Shown: positions 1 through 13,099 of the stretch, in pieces | Layout of the letters: every line of letters begins with the position of its first letter | Position numbering within the stretch: the stretch's first letter is position 1 | Source of the DNA: Perna viridis | Lineage: Eukaryota | DNA: 64,000 bases | NCBI GenBank assembly: GCA_037379345.1 | Contig: CM074516.1 | Coordinates: forward strand, 29,797,626 to 29,861,625 | Direction of reading: 5' to 3' | Translations under genes and position numbers: made by a program | Notes under the pieces: model-generated | The model's database searches: none | Seen by the model: the letters and a program-made list of their open reading frames with translations, nothing else | What the model was told of the DNA's origin: nothing

Positions 1-1875
1 GCAAGGTATTAAAGATAATTCTTTTGAAATTAGGCAGATTTCGAAATCAGTAAATAAGTCTTTAGGGACGTTGCAACACTCCTTGAGGAACATGTCTCAA
101 CTGTTAATTACCCTTACTAATAACTTCAACACTTTGCATTCTAACCTTGTCCAACTGCAAAATGCAATCCAGTCATTGGTGGAAGGACGCATTTCACCCT
201 TTCTTATACCTAAACAAGTGTTTACTAAGACTTTACATAACATTCAATCCACTTTAACTAAATACTATCCAGGTTTTTATCTGACACATTTCCATGCCTC
301 TTATTATTATACAACACCCAACTTTATGTTCACTAGAAACCATTCCTCTATATATCACGGTACGATTTCCTGTATGTTCACATGTTTGTCCATTGCAACT
401 ATACAAAATCATTGCACTTCCTTTGCGGCTACTAACAAAAACCTCACTAAACATGCGACTAAGCTCTTTGATTTGCCTTATTTCTTAGCACTAACAAATG
501 ATCATGATTATTTCTTGCCATTGCAATCAGTTCACCTGACTAATTGCGTGCATGGCTCAACAATAATTCGTAATTTTAACATGGTATTAGTTCCTTCAAC
601 CAGCCTTCAATGTTCATCAGCAGTGTTCCACAACAATGTCAACCAGGTATCACAATTATGCAACTTTGGGTTTTTACAAAATCATTTTTAGCATAGTATT
701 ATTGAGTTAACATCAACATCGGTGCTTGTTTATGATAGTGAGGACATGTATTTAGATTGTCTTCAACACCAAAGAAGGATACCTGGGTGTACATTTTGCG
801 TTATTGATATACCTTGCAAATGCTCACTTTCTACAAGAAGTTTATATTTTTCTCCAAGGCTTGTTAAATGTTATAATTCAAGTCCTCATTTTTCTCTTTT
901 ACATCTAGTCAATCTTGCCTTGGTACAACAATTTTTCGATGAACAAAAATTTTCTAAGGTTCTTGGAGATACTTTATTTTCGACACCAGTTTACCTATCT
1001 ATTCCAATTTTTTCATTTTTATGAGCACAATATTTTAAGTGTTTTAGCTGCAGATGCAAAAACCCACTTAAATTTGAAGAAGATAGCGAACGCAGCTAAA
1101 GAGGATAAAATGATTTTTAAAACCTTATCAGAACCATTGTTGTCTGGAGAGATAAGTTTGAAATCAAAACAGCCATTTTATCTTTCATTTGTATGGGAGT
1201 TGCCAGTCTTTCTCTTTTCTCTTTCGCATTTTTTTTTGGGTAAAATCAAAAAGATGGCATTGTCTTTAACGGTTATGCAGCAAATGGCTAGTGTAAAATC
1301 TCAAAGTGCACCATCATTCATATATTATAAGCCAACTGATACACCTCAAGTAGAGCAAAATGTTATGAGCAATGTAAAAGAATTTTTAACGTCCGAATTC
1401 ACTTTGATACATGCTTCTGTTGTTCTTAGCATTTTAGTTTTGATATTTTTGTCGATTTTAGTTCTTTATTTATACAAGTCCAGGAGTATTCATTGTACAA
1501 AATTAATGTTAGAAGTTACTAGTGGCGGCAATTGTGTTGTCATCCCTATCCTCGAATTATCATTGTGCCCATCTTATTGTAAGTTCACTCGTTCAAATGT
1601 TGAAGACATTCCCTACAAATAAACTAGTTGTTGTTTGGTCTGAATTTAGAGAAACCAATTTGTTCACAAATCAGTCAGTTAATATACCTACTTCCCTACC
1701 CTGTAGTTTTATATAACTTTATAAGATGAACCAGATACTTCGACAACCCTTCAATACATATATATATGTGACACATCAGAATTTCGCTTCAGTCCTGAAT
1801 CCACCAGGAGATGTTGTTCAAAATGTAATAAAAACATCTGCAGTGAATTCTAATTCACTTTATCCATGTCTATGA
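1..1875 (+). pseudogene. env: env-like (class I fusion, errantivirus/baculovirus F-type) ORF of Gypsy element, 3' part, frameshifted; left-arm copy
   Basis: ORFs 71-691, 294-488, 722-1024, 915-1622 and 1522-1716 are frameshifted pieces of one protein with a heptad-like region, Cys-rich ectodomain (GCTFCVIDIPCKCSL) and TM segment (HASVVLSILVLIFLSILVLYLY). Reverse complement of 13906-15800. Confidence 0.75.
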
Positions 1876-2004
1876 ACTGATTTTTTTTGTTAGCAAATTC
1901 ACGATTCAGTAGTCGTCTTTAAATGTTTTTATCACATTCATAATACATTTTAGACAAATTCGTTTGGGAATTTAGACTTTAAGTAGAGTCATCTCTTCTT
2001 GTAG

Positions 2005-2677
2005 AGGTAAAATCGTTCGTTTACGCATCAAGTCGTGGTAAAAGTACCCGTGGCAAGGGAGGAATTAACAGTAAAGTTCGAGTTGTTCCTAGTGGCAAAA
2101 TTAGACAGTTATGCAATATGGCTGTACACGATCTTCAATCCGTGCCAGGAATCAAAATTGTTTACGTCTTTACCGGAATACCTGATATTTGTACCTTGAA
2201 AAGAGATAGAAGCTCTCTCTATGAAGAGAACTTTTTGGATATGGACAAAGATCATGTGAATCATTTTAAGAAAGAAATTTTATTTGTTCAAGAGAAAATG
2301 GAACAAATTGGTTGTAAGGTTGTTTTCTGTACCGTTCCTACTATAAACTTTTCAATGTGGAATGCACATAGACTGAAAATTATAAAAACAAAGATTATCC
2401 TTCCATGCAAAAGGCTCTGAATGATGCCTTACATACACAACATTGTTTTATTACAGATGTTAATTGCAAAAATGATGTTGTCACTCCCTTCGTCCACGCG
2501 GCTATTGTAAAGCAGAGAAAAGATGGGCATTTCAAATTTTCATATTCGAAAATGCCAGATGGTGTTCATCCATCACCAGAGTTAGCCGCTGCATGGGTTG
2601 CTAAGTTTAGTAAAGCTATTGACATAAATCAGCACAAACTTGCTTCTCTACTTGTACTTCTTATGTCATCTTTTTGA
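2005..2677 (+). pseudogene. SGNH/GDSL-hydrolase-like accessory ORF of Gypsy element (one frameshift ~2400)
   Basis: Frame open from ~1983: FVYASSRG (block I-like), VYVFTGIPD (block III-like), DGVHP (block V DxxH). ORFs 2118-2420 and 2405-2677. Confidence 0.6.
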
Positions 2678-3450
2678 TTCCGGGCCCTTGCAGAGGCGGT
2701 CGCCACAAAAGTGGTCATGTAATTCAAGTTGTTATGTATGAAACGGAATTCAAGGGCAACAACTGAGTTTAATTATCAAATATCAAGACATAGACATGGC
2801 TTTTTACACTCTATGATACCAAATTATTTTTGACGGTATCTGTTCTTTTTTTTAAATGTTTTTTTTTTTTACTGAAAAGAGACATAAGAAAAGAAGAAGA
2901 GTTTCTGTGGTTTAGACCAGGTTTATAGCATATTTTATAGCGCTCTTTTGAGCTAATGTATATGGTGTATATAAATGGCACTTTCTTTTTTTTTTATTCC
3001 CATATATTATATTCTTAAGTGACCCTGATACGTAGGGCTTACAATATTTTTTTTATATATGTATGTGTGTATGTAGTTGTTTGATAGTGACATTTTACGG
3101 TTAAGTTGCTGCTGTCCGTTGTGCTGTTAAGGCATTACAAACCGAACATTACCGATATAGTGACCCAGAACTGTGTTATCCGAAACAACGCCTTGGAAAC
3201 ATACCGAATAACCGTGTGCTTCATTTCATTCATTTTGAGGAGGTGATTCATTCTATGGATTTGTGATGTGAAACAGATGAAATTTGTGTTCAGAAGTAAA
3301 TCAATATGTGTTCATAGTGAAACATTCAGAGGAATGACTATTTTTGCTTTCAATAAAATTATTTTTCTGTTTATTTATATCATGAATATATTACGAATGT
3401 TTTCAGATGGTGCAAACTAATTTCGCTTTGGGGTCCAAAGCAGATGGGTC

Positions 3451-3460
3451 AGGAGGGAGT
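3451..3460 (+). promoter_or_regulatory. polypurine tract preceding 3' LTR
   Basis: AGGAGGGAGT immediately followed by TGTCATATAG; mirrored at 12324-12333 on the - strand. Confidence 0.65.
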
Positions 3461-5182
3461 TGTCATATAGTTCATTTTGATTAAAATTGATAAAGTCAAT
3501 TTCAATGTTGAAATTTCATTTTTAAGTTGTAATGTTCCAAATTTAGAATATTTAGAGTTTAATTATAGGTATTTGAACATTGAGATATTTTAATAATGTA
3601 TAAAGTTTTAGTTTTATTCTCCCACAGATGGCAAAAAGCTGTTTTCAATTAAATTAAGTGGCAAATGATTTCTTGTTTGTTCTGAAGATAAATTATCTAA
3701 AATTAACCAGGCTTTGGGCCCAGTTAATGAGATAGTTGTAAGCTTAATTACTTGATTGCGCAATTGAATCAGCTCTATTGCGCCAAGCCGGACGCTTAAT
3801 CAAGTGGTAGATAATTTGGACAATAGGCAATTTACATATCTTATAAGTGTTCCTACAGTGTCAAAAAGTAGTTTTAGGCACACATTTAATTGAAATGTAT
3901 CCGCCGTTTCCTAGCAAAATAAGATAACTTAATTTTGATTGGCTCTCATCTGGAAAATAATGCAAAAGCGAGGAATTTCTTTATTTGCTGGTATAGGGTC
4001 ACTTTTGAGTTAACCAGCAAATAAAGAAGTTCAAAATAATTCACTGTTTTCCAGGTGAGACAATTTTCATTATTCACTCTAGAAATTTAAAGTTATGGTA
4101 CTTTTGATGTTCAAATTAATTGGAAATTAGGTTTTAGTTTTTCTCTATTTAATTTGCTTGGTTCAGTAATTTGATTTTGTATTCACTGACTAAACTGTGA
4201 ATTTGAAGGATAACTTTGGCTACTTCTAAATGATGCTAAAACATGCAAAAGCCAGACATGTGTATGCAAGTATTTTATTAAGTTTTATTAAGAAATTTGG
4301 CTCTGTTGAATTATTTGATACTTTCAATATATTAAAAATAAGAGTTGTTATATCGATGATAGATTTTCTTATTACCATGTAAGCGTCCTTGGTTTAGCAA
4401 GTTCCAAAACATTTCAGGTAGTGTGTTTTATGGCATAGGTTGATTTTGAATATTCTCGCATTCTTTTATTTGTCTCATAATTTTGATTTATTCAATTGTG
4501 TAAATATGATCGTAATGTTGTTTTAATGAAACTGTATACATAAAACATGTTAAAGCTTATAATTGGAAACTTATGCCGGCCAAATAAATGTCAGAGTATT
4601 TTCATATAGGCCTAGTTGCGTTTTAAATTATGAAGTGTTAAGTTTGACCGTTCAAGAAATCAAGTGATTTGTCAAATTCAGAAAGTTTTTAATAACCATA
4701 GTAACGAAGATCTGATTGGTTAAATAGTTGAATTTAAATGTTCATTCTTATGCAATATTTGTTATACTTATGCATCTTATATGATATTGCTTATTATTGT
4801 TATAGCGTCACTTTTGAGTTTGCCAACAAATAAAGAAGTTCAAAATAATTCACTGTTTTCCAGGCCTCTCAGAAGACCCAAAGTCAGTTACCCAGTAACA
4901 CACAGTGCCATGAAGCCATACAGTCAACGCTAGCGTCTGTCTGTCTGTAACCTCTACTAGCTATTCCCTCACACTAAACAAGAATAATTGTAGTGTGTCA
5001 GTATTTACCAATTCTAACACGCAACTTGTACATGTAAGACTTTTTTCTTTGGTGGTATGTTACCTGGTTGTATTAATTTATTAAGATTTGTGCGTCACGA
5101 TAAGTGACCTGACTCTCTGTACATCAAATGTCTTCTTTTTACCTTTATTTTATCTAAATATCTAAATTTGGGAAAAATATAT
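3461..5182 (+). repeat. 3' LTR of Gypsy element (left-arm copy)
   Basis: Starts TGTCATATA after the PPT. The right-arm copy ends ATATATGACG, an inverted match to the start; this copy has lost the last ~4 nt. Confidence 0.55.
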
Positions 5183-6859
5183 ATTATAGCTAAATAATAT
5201 TTCAAAATCGAGTATTTGACATCACATTACATGAAACTTATTTCATATATACCTCATTATCAAAATTATCTATAATATGAATTTCATCACAAACATCTAG
5301 CCCTCCACTGGACAGATTAATTTATAGTTCCGTATGATATATATACATATATGGCATACGTTAAAAGCGATCTTAGTTAGCGTCTAGTTTTAACATCCGG
5401 CTTAATTGGCCTCCCATTTTATCTTACAGAATGATACAGATTTTTTTGTCACAAGAACCTCTGTTCCCATTTGATGGGTTAATTTAAAATCATAATATGC
5501 AGCATAATATTCGTGGGGCACATGTTGTTAGCAATTTTCGCTATTGTGCGACTGGAGGTAGTTTCTCATTGCACGACAACGTGTGTAACTTTAAATTAGT
5601 CTATCTAGTCCCTTAACATAGAAATCGAAGATTTAAACAAATATCTACTCAGTAAATTATACCACAATTAATCCTACTGGACACAAAATTGATTTTTATC
5701 AGTGTTGTATATGCGTACTAGTAACACTCGGGTATACCTTATAAGAATAACCAACTGCGATGAGGTCTTAAGGGTAGTCTTGAAAACCCTGGAATCATAT
5801 AAGAGCCATATTTTTTCTTATACAGTAACGTCCGTATGTATAGATGAAACGACAAAAATTTAAATTTTCATGATTGTAATGAGCTACTCATTCAATACAC
5901 TGCAGGGTATCATATTGAACGAACGGCAAGTTTTTCTACCTGTAAGTCGTGCAGGTATCAAGATTATGTAATCGGGCACTCCTTGCATCTTTATCTGTGC
6001 ACTTGGACTGAAAAAAACTATGGATTTGACGGTCTGTAGACTGTGCGGGCCTTAAATTGCAAATCTGAAACACGGATTAATCGAAAATGAAATAAAGATA
6101 CTAACGCCAAGGTTAGATGAAAAACATTCACCTATAATGCGAATCTGTTATTTCATTCTGTCATTTAAAATTTGTGACTAATAAGATTTTTTTGTAAATT
6201 ACTGCTTGATTTAGTCTTCCAATGTACGTCCTACGTGCATTACATTGAGCAGGTTTGATTTCGATATTTTTAGCGGAATATGTTCTGCCATTCAGTCTAT
6301 GCCGAGATTCGCCATTATTTGCACAAACTTTTTAATTTATCAACGGCCAAATGTGATTACATTGTATTTTTTAGGCAGTACAAACGTTATAGTATGAGCG
6401 CTTACATAAATGTTCGAGTTTGCAATCATTTTTACATGTAAATCAAATCCCATAGAGCAAAAATACATACGATATTACGATATTAAAGTTCAATAAGTTA
6501 TTCTCTGATGAAGACTGTGTATTTCCCCCATTTATATAAATGTCTAATAGTCGTGGAAATAATGTATACTTTACAAGGAAGATATTTCATCTTACGCTTT
6601 TAAAAGAGCATACATTTATCGTGGAACCGTACATAAAAGACTAAAATTTAGTATAGAGTATAAGTCTTATATTATAATCTTATAAATTGTAAATACTGCA
6701 TGCATCCATATACTCTCACTCCGGCGTCCCGTTCATTAACGGTGAAAAAAAAATAATGAGTTACCAGTTACTTAATAATTAAGTGTGGCCTGTAATCATG
6801 TAATATGAAATAATACTATTTGAAAGAGTAATCAAGGGAACCAAGGTTATGACATGGAA

Positions 6860-8360
6860 AACAGATATACACAAAAAAGAACATAGAGTAACTAAAATCA
6901 CACATACAAAGTAACAAAAGCAAATGAGCAACTCGGACTCCACTACAACTGGGAGCATGGACCAGGTGCACCGGTAGGGTAAGCGTCCTCTGCTTTTCTA
7001 GAAACACCCCTGCTCATGAAAAGTCAAATCCGAGGTGGACGAAAGAGGAAAGGAAAACTATGACACGTTGAACAAATCAGTTTTCATGGAGCAGATGGAT
7101 ACACCATAACGATCCATATAAGGTTTGTAATGATGACTTCAATCTTGTAGTAACATAATCCTGTTTGTAGAAGCCTATTTGTTAGAATTCTAGCGCGATA
7201 CAAAAAGTCTGAGTAGTCTCGGCACGCTATGGCATAACGTACGTATGAATTGTGATATGAACACTCCATAAGGAGGTGCTGAATGGATGTTGCCACAGAT
7301 GAAAGGAAAGTTGACAATTCTGAATGAAAAGTCATCACTTTTGTTGTAAAGTGTGGTCAATAGTTTTTCTTTACCATCGATCTAAGTGTAGGTCAAGAAA
7401 TGAGGCTGACTTCACAGTGTCTGTAGTATCCTTTATCTCAAGTTCTTTGGGGTAGATGCGATGTATCAAATCCCCAAAATAGGATTTTTGAAAGATTATA
7501 CGTCATCTATATAGCAGAAACTGAGATTAAAGGATTTAGCTAAACAATATTCTTTCTTTCGGATCAGATCAGCTATAAACTCATGAGAGTGAAAGAATAG
7601 ATCAGCAAGTAGAGGAGCACAATTTGTTCCCATTGGAATGCCGACCGTTTGTTGAAAAACGCGTCCAACACACTGGACAAGTATGTTGTCGATTAAAAGT
7701 TCCAGCATTTTGTAAACATCTTCTGTTTATTTGTGTTTATCTGTTTATCTGTTAATTATTTCTTACAAAGTATGAGGAATCTCTACCAAGAACTATATAT
7801 TTGTATATAGGTGTACCATCCTTTTTTGAAAAACAACGCTGTATAATGTTTCTAAGTCGGATTAGAACTGAGTATGTGGAATAGAAGTATACAGTTTTGA
7901 AAAATCGTAGGTTTTAATGCTATTATATTTTGATAATATCTCTGTTGGAGAAATAATAATATATAATGTTTTTGAGTCGGAATTCTAACAGATTATGGGG
8001 AATAGAGGTATAAAGTGTGACAAATCATAGGTTTTAATGCTATTATATTCTGAAAATAATCTTGAACTGATTGTCTCCAAAAGATCTTTCGAATTTTTCA
8101 GGTTCCACATTGAATTAATACCGCTACACGAGAGTGTTTTGGTAGGACTGCAAACCCTCTTTTACAGCTGTGAGTAAGTCAAAACACAAATATTGAAAGA
8201 GGTTTGGTGGTAAATTTTGCACATCCAGCCATTAAACGTATTTTGTATGGATTCTTGTGGTGTTTAGGAATCCAGTACATAGACGGTAAATCACAGTCAT
8301 CGTCCTTGGCGTTTAAATTGTAAGTGTCTATGGTTTACCGGTCAATGACATGGCAATTGC
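6860..8360 (-). mobile_element. Penelope-like retroelement relic (RT, decayed)
   Basis: Minus-strand motifs YWIPKHHKNPYK, KTYDFS.LYTSIPH, VGIPMGTNCAPLLADLF, FCYIDDV, LHLD, YVRYAIAC..YSDF. Many stops and frameshifts; ~120-bp local tandem duplication (7842-7932 / 7962-8052). Confidence 0.8.
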
Positions 8361-8856
8361 ATGATCGGTTGCATGACCGCAGACATCGTTTATATTAATA
8401 AGATTTGTTTTGCATTCATATAGGTTTATATCGTATCATACATTGTATATGTGCGTGTAGAAACACCTACATGTTTGTAGAGATCGCTAATGGTGGATTA
8501 GACAGCTGTATTTTATCCGTTTTGATCAATCTTTTTGGCGCAATTGTCTTTGGCAGAACCTACAGTGAGCTTGGTCTAACTTTTTTCTTAGATATACTTA
8601 TCAGCTATGCATGGAAGGGTGGGGGTTGGGGTGTGGAGATGGATAACTTGTGTATGATTAGGGATATATGAAAAGGGTAGGCATTTTAGTTGCAGTATAT
8701 GTGATAGGGGTTAACACACTTGGTTTTTTCACAGCAAACTGATCTTATTAATTGACATGGTAATGATGTCTTTAGATACAATGTCATATGTTCTGACCAG
8801 CATCCTACCGTGATATATATAGATACAGAGATACAGATAAGTGCCATGATATATGT

Positions 8857-9047
8857 TTGTGAGGACTCTATACGCTACACTGCTCCATCGGATCAAATTG
8901 ATACAGGGAAGATAACGTAAACGAATAGAAAGGTCTGAAAAATTCTCAACGATGTTAGAACTGTCAAATTTTTTGTCGTTCCCTCCGCGGGACTCAAACT
9001 CGTACCGCTGTGACATCTATGGCAACACCGCCTGCACAAAGTCCAGC
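8857..9047 (-). mobile_element. tRNA-derived SINE-family fragment with extra 3' segment
   Basis: Reverse complement matches 60102-60275 and the body of 60456-60608; B-box-like GTTTGAGTC. Confidence 0.65.
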
Positions 9048-10596
9048 AACTACCTTCTTTTTATATTCTCGAGTTTATTACCTTTTTTAATCTAGAACCG
9101 ATTTTGCAAATTTATTTATGTTTTCTTTGTAATAACAGCAGGTCGATGAAGTATGGTAGTTTACCGGGCTATCGCCGCGGATGGTAGTTCAAGCCGAGCA
9201 AGCGACAGAACCGGGAAACTTCTCCGAGCCTTGCAAAGCTACAACTACGCAGATGGAGCGACTTACGATGGGGCTACTACAAAAAATGCCCCTTTTTTGC
9301 TTGAGACATTTGAGGTGATTTTTGGATATCCATATAAATTAAAAAGAAATTACAAGTTTCTGCTACATTTTTAAAGATACCAAACAAATATGTGAAATAT
9401 TTATTTCTAATTTAATATAATTATGCATAAATATAATTCCAAAGTTGCTTATATTCATGATATTGGTAACATATTATTATAAATCAAATACACATTTTGG
9501 TTTAGTAGTAGTGGCAATGTTCCCTCTGTATGCCAGACATCTGAGAGAGCGCATTCATGCACATGTGTGTGTTACGGTTGATACATGTAAATGCTGTTAT
9601 TATTCTAACAAAAAATCTCATCAAGAATAAAGTCTTCCCATTGCGATTCAAGAGCAGATCCGAGAGGGTTGGGGTTTGTTTCAGAAATTTTATCGGCTAT
9701 CATTGCTCATTTCTGACAATTTTTGAAGAAAATAAAACAGGGAACTAAGCAAAACATAAAGTCAGATCAATGTCCCTAAAGTAAAAAAAATATCCGCATG
9801 CACCCAAACCTACACTGCTAATCACCAGTATACATCAAAGTGTCGTGGTCACGGTCAATGATGTGACATGACACCCTTCTGTGTAATGGATACAACCATG
9901 TTACAATAAACAGGACTTAGTAGAAACGCATGTTGCTTAATTGTATACATGTACCATTAATTATCGACCAAATGCATATAAAAGTTTAGGGTACATAAGG
10001 CGTTGTCCATGATGGCGTCTATGAAAAGAAATTTAACATTTGATAATGGAAAAAAGTATTAAATATATAGTCTGTACAATAAGTAATTTAAAAACATATG
10101 CCTGCACTTGTACTGTCCAACTTTGCTTCTAAATTACAAACTGAATATATCAAATTGAAAAATCTACAATATACCCTACATATTTATTAAGTTTCTCACC
10201 TAAATAAATCATGAATTCACCTACTATTCTAGTCGGCAGAACTTGCATCGAAAACCTCTCTCGTAGTGACGATGGTCACTATAATTGGTTTTAAGTAGTT
10301 GAGCACGATTGTGACATTTAACCAGACTCTTGCAAAATGATTTGTGGCGATGAGGTATCAAATTTTAAAATGCAGACTATATATATATATAGTGCGGCAT
10401 ACGGAACTATAAATTAATCTGTCCAGTGAAGGGCTAGATGTTTGTGATGAAATTCATACAGTCGGATGGACCAACCGACAAGGTGATTCCAAGTTCCAAA
10501 TATTATAGATTATTTTGATAATGAGGTACATATGAAATAAGTTTCATGTAATGTGATGTCAAATACTCGATTTTGAAATATTATTTAGCTATAAAT

Positions 10597-12323
10597 CGTC
10601 ATATATTTTTCCCAAATTTAGATATTTAGATAAAATAAAGGTAAAAAGAAGACATTTGATGTACAGAGAGTCAGGTCACTTATCGTGACGCACAAATCTT
10701 AATAAATTAATACAACCAGGTAACATACCACCAAAGAAAAAAGTCTTACATGTACAAGTTGCGTGTTAGAATTGGTAAATACTGACACACTACAATTATT
10801 CTTGTTTAGTGTGAGGGAATAGTTAGTAGAGGTTACAGACAGACAGACGCTAGCGTTGACTGTATGGCTTCATGGCACTGTGTGTTACTGGGTAACTGAC
10901 TCTGGGTCTTCTGAGAGGCCTGGAAAACAGTGAATTATTTTGAACTTCTTTATTTGTTGGCAAACTCAAAAGTGACGCTATAACAATAATAAGCAATATC
11001 ATATAAGATGCATAAGTATAACAAATATTGCAAAAGAATGAACATTTAAATTCAACTATTTAACCAATCAGGTCTTCGTTACTATGGTTATTAAAAACTT
11101 TCTGAATTTGACAAATCACTTGATTTCTTGAACGGTCAAACTTAACACTTCATAATTTAAAACGCAACTAGGCCTATATGAAAATACTCTGACATTTATT
11201 TGGCCGGCATAAGTTTCCAATTATAAGCTTTAACATGTTTTATGTATACAGTTTCATTAAAACAACATTACGATCATATTTACACAATTGAATAAATCAA
11301 AATTATGAGACAAATAAAAGAATGCGAGAATATTCAAAATCAACCTATGCCATAAAACACACTACCTGAAATATTTTGGAACTTGCTAAACCAAGGACGC
11401 TTACATGGTAATAAGAAAACCTATCATCGATATAACAACGCTTATTCTTAATATATTGAAAGTATCAAATAATTCAACAGAGCCAAATTTCTTAATAAAA
11501 CTTAATAAAGTACTTGCATACACATGTCTGGCTTTTGCATGTTTTAACATCATTTAGAAGTAGCCAAAATTATCTTTCCAATTCACAGTTTAGTCAGTGA
11601 ATACGAAATCAAATTACTAAAGCAAGCAAATTAAACCTAGAAAAGCTAAAACCTAATTTCCAATTAATTTGAACATCAAAATTACCATAACTTTAAATTT
11701 CTAAAGTGAATAATGAAAATTGTCTTACCTGGAAAACAGTGAATTATTTTGAACTTCTTTATTTGCTGGTAAACTCAAAAGTGACCCTATACCAGCAAAT
11801 AAAGAAATTCCTCGCTTTTGCACTATTTTCCAGATAACAGCCAATAAAAATTAAGTTATCTCAATTTGCTAGGAAACGGCGGATACATTTCAATTAAATT
11901 TGTGCCTAAAACTACTTTTTGACACTGTAGGAACACTTATAAGATATGTAAATTGCCTATTGTCCAAATTATCTACCACTTGATTAAGCGTCCGGCTTGA
12001 CGCAATAGAGCTGATTTCAATTGCGCAATCAAGTAATTAAGCCTACAACTATCTCATTAACTGGGCCCAAAGCCTGGTTAATTTTAGATAATTTATCTTC
12101 AGAACAAACAAGAAATCATTTGCCACTTAATTTCATTGAAAACAGCTTTTTGCCATCTGTGGGAGAATAAAACTAAAACTTTATGCAATATTAAAATATT
12201 TCAATGTTCAAATACCTATAATTAAACTCTAAATATTCTAAATTTGGAACTTTACATCTTAAAACTGAAATTTCAACATTAAAATTGACTTTATCAATTT
12301 TAATCAAAATGAACTATATGACA
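10597..12323 (-). repeat. 3' LTR of Gypsy element (right-arm copy)
   Basis: On - strand TGTCATATAG...ATATATGACG termini, preceded by PPT at 12324-12333. Confidence 0.6.
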
Positions 12324-13099
12324 ACTCCCTCCTGACCCATCTGCTTTGGACCCCAAAGCGAAATTAGTTTGCACCATCTGAAAACATTCGTAATATATTC
12401 ATGATATAAATAAACAGAAAAATAATTTTATTGAAAGCAAAAATAGTAATTCCTCTGAATGTTTCACTATGAACACATATTGATTTACTTTTGAACACAA
12501 ATTTCATCTGTTTCACATCACAAATCCATAGAATGAATCACCTCTTCAAAATGAATGAAATGAAGCACACGGTTATTCGGAATGTTTCCAAGGCGTTGTT
12601 TCGGATAATACAGTTCTGGGTCACTATATCGGTAATGTTCGGTTTGTAATGCCTTAACAGCACAACGGACAACAGCAACTTAACCGTAAAATGTCACTAT
12701 CAAACAACTACAGACGCACATACATATATAAAAAAATATTGTAAGCCCTACGTAGCAAGGTCACTTAAGAATATAATATATGGGAATGAAAAAAAAGGAA
12801 ATGCCATTTATATACACTATATACATGAGCTCAAACGAGCGCTATAAAATATGCTATAAACCTGGTCTAAAACACAGAAAACTCCTCGTCTTTTCTTATA
12901 TCTCTTTTCAGTAAAAAGAAACATTAGAAAAAAAGAACAGATACCGTCAAAAATAATTTGGTATCATAGAGTGTAAAAATCCATGTCTATGTCTTGATAT
13001 TTGATAATTAAACGCAGTTGTTGCCCTTGAATTCCGTTTCATACATAACAACTTGAATTACATGACCACTTTTGTGGCGACCGCCTCTGCAAGGGCCCG

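Noticed and set aside
6500-6560. Hammerhead ribozyme near the Penelope-like relic (CTGATGA)
   Set aside because: No GAAA correctly placed after a stem II, and on the opposite strand to the element.
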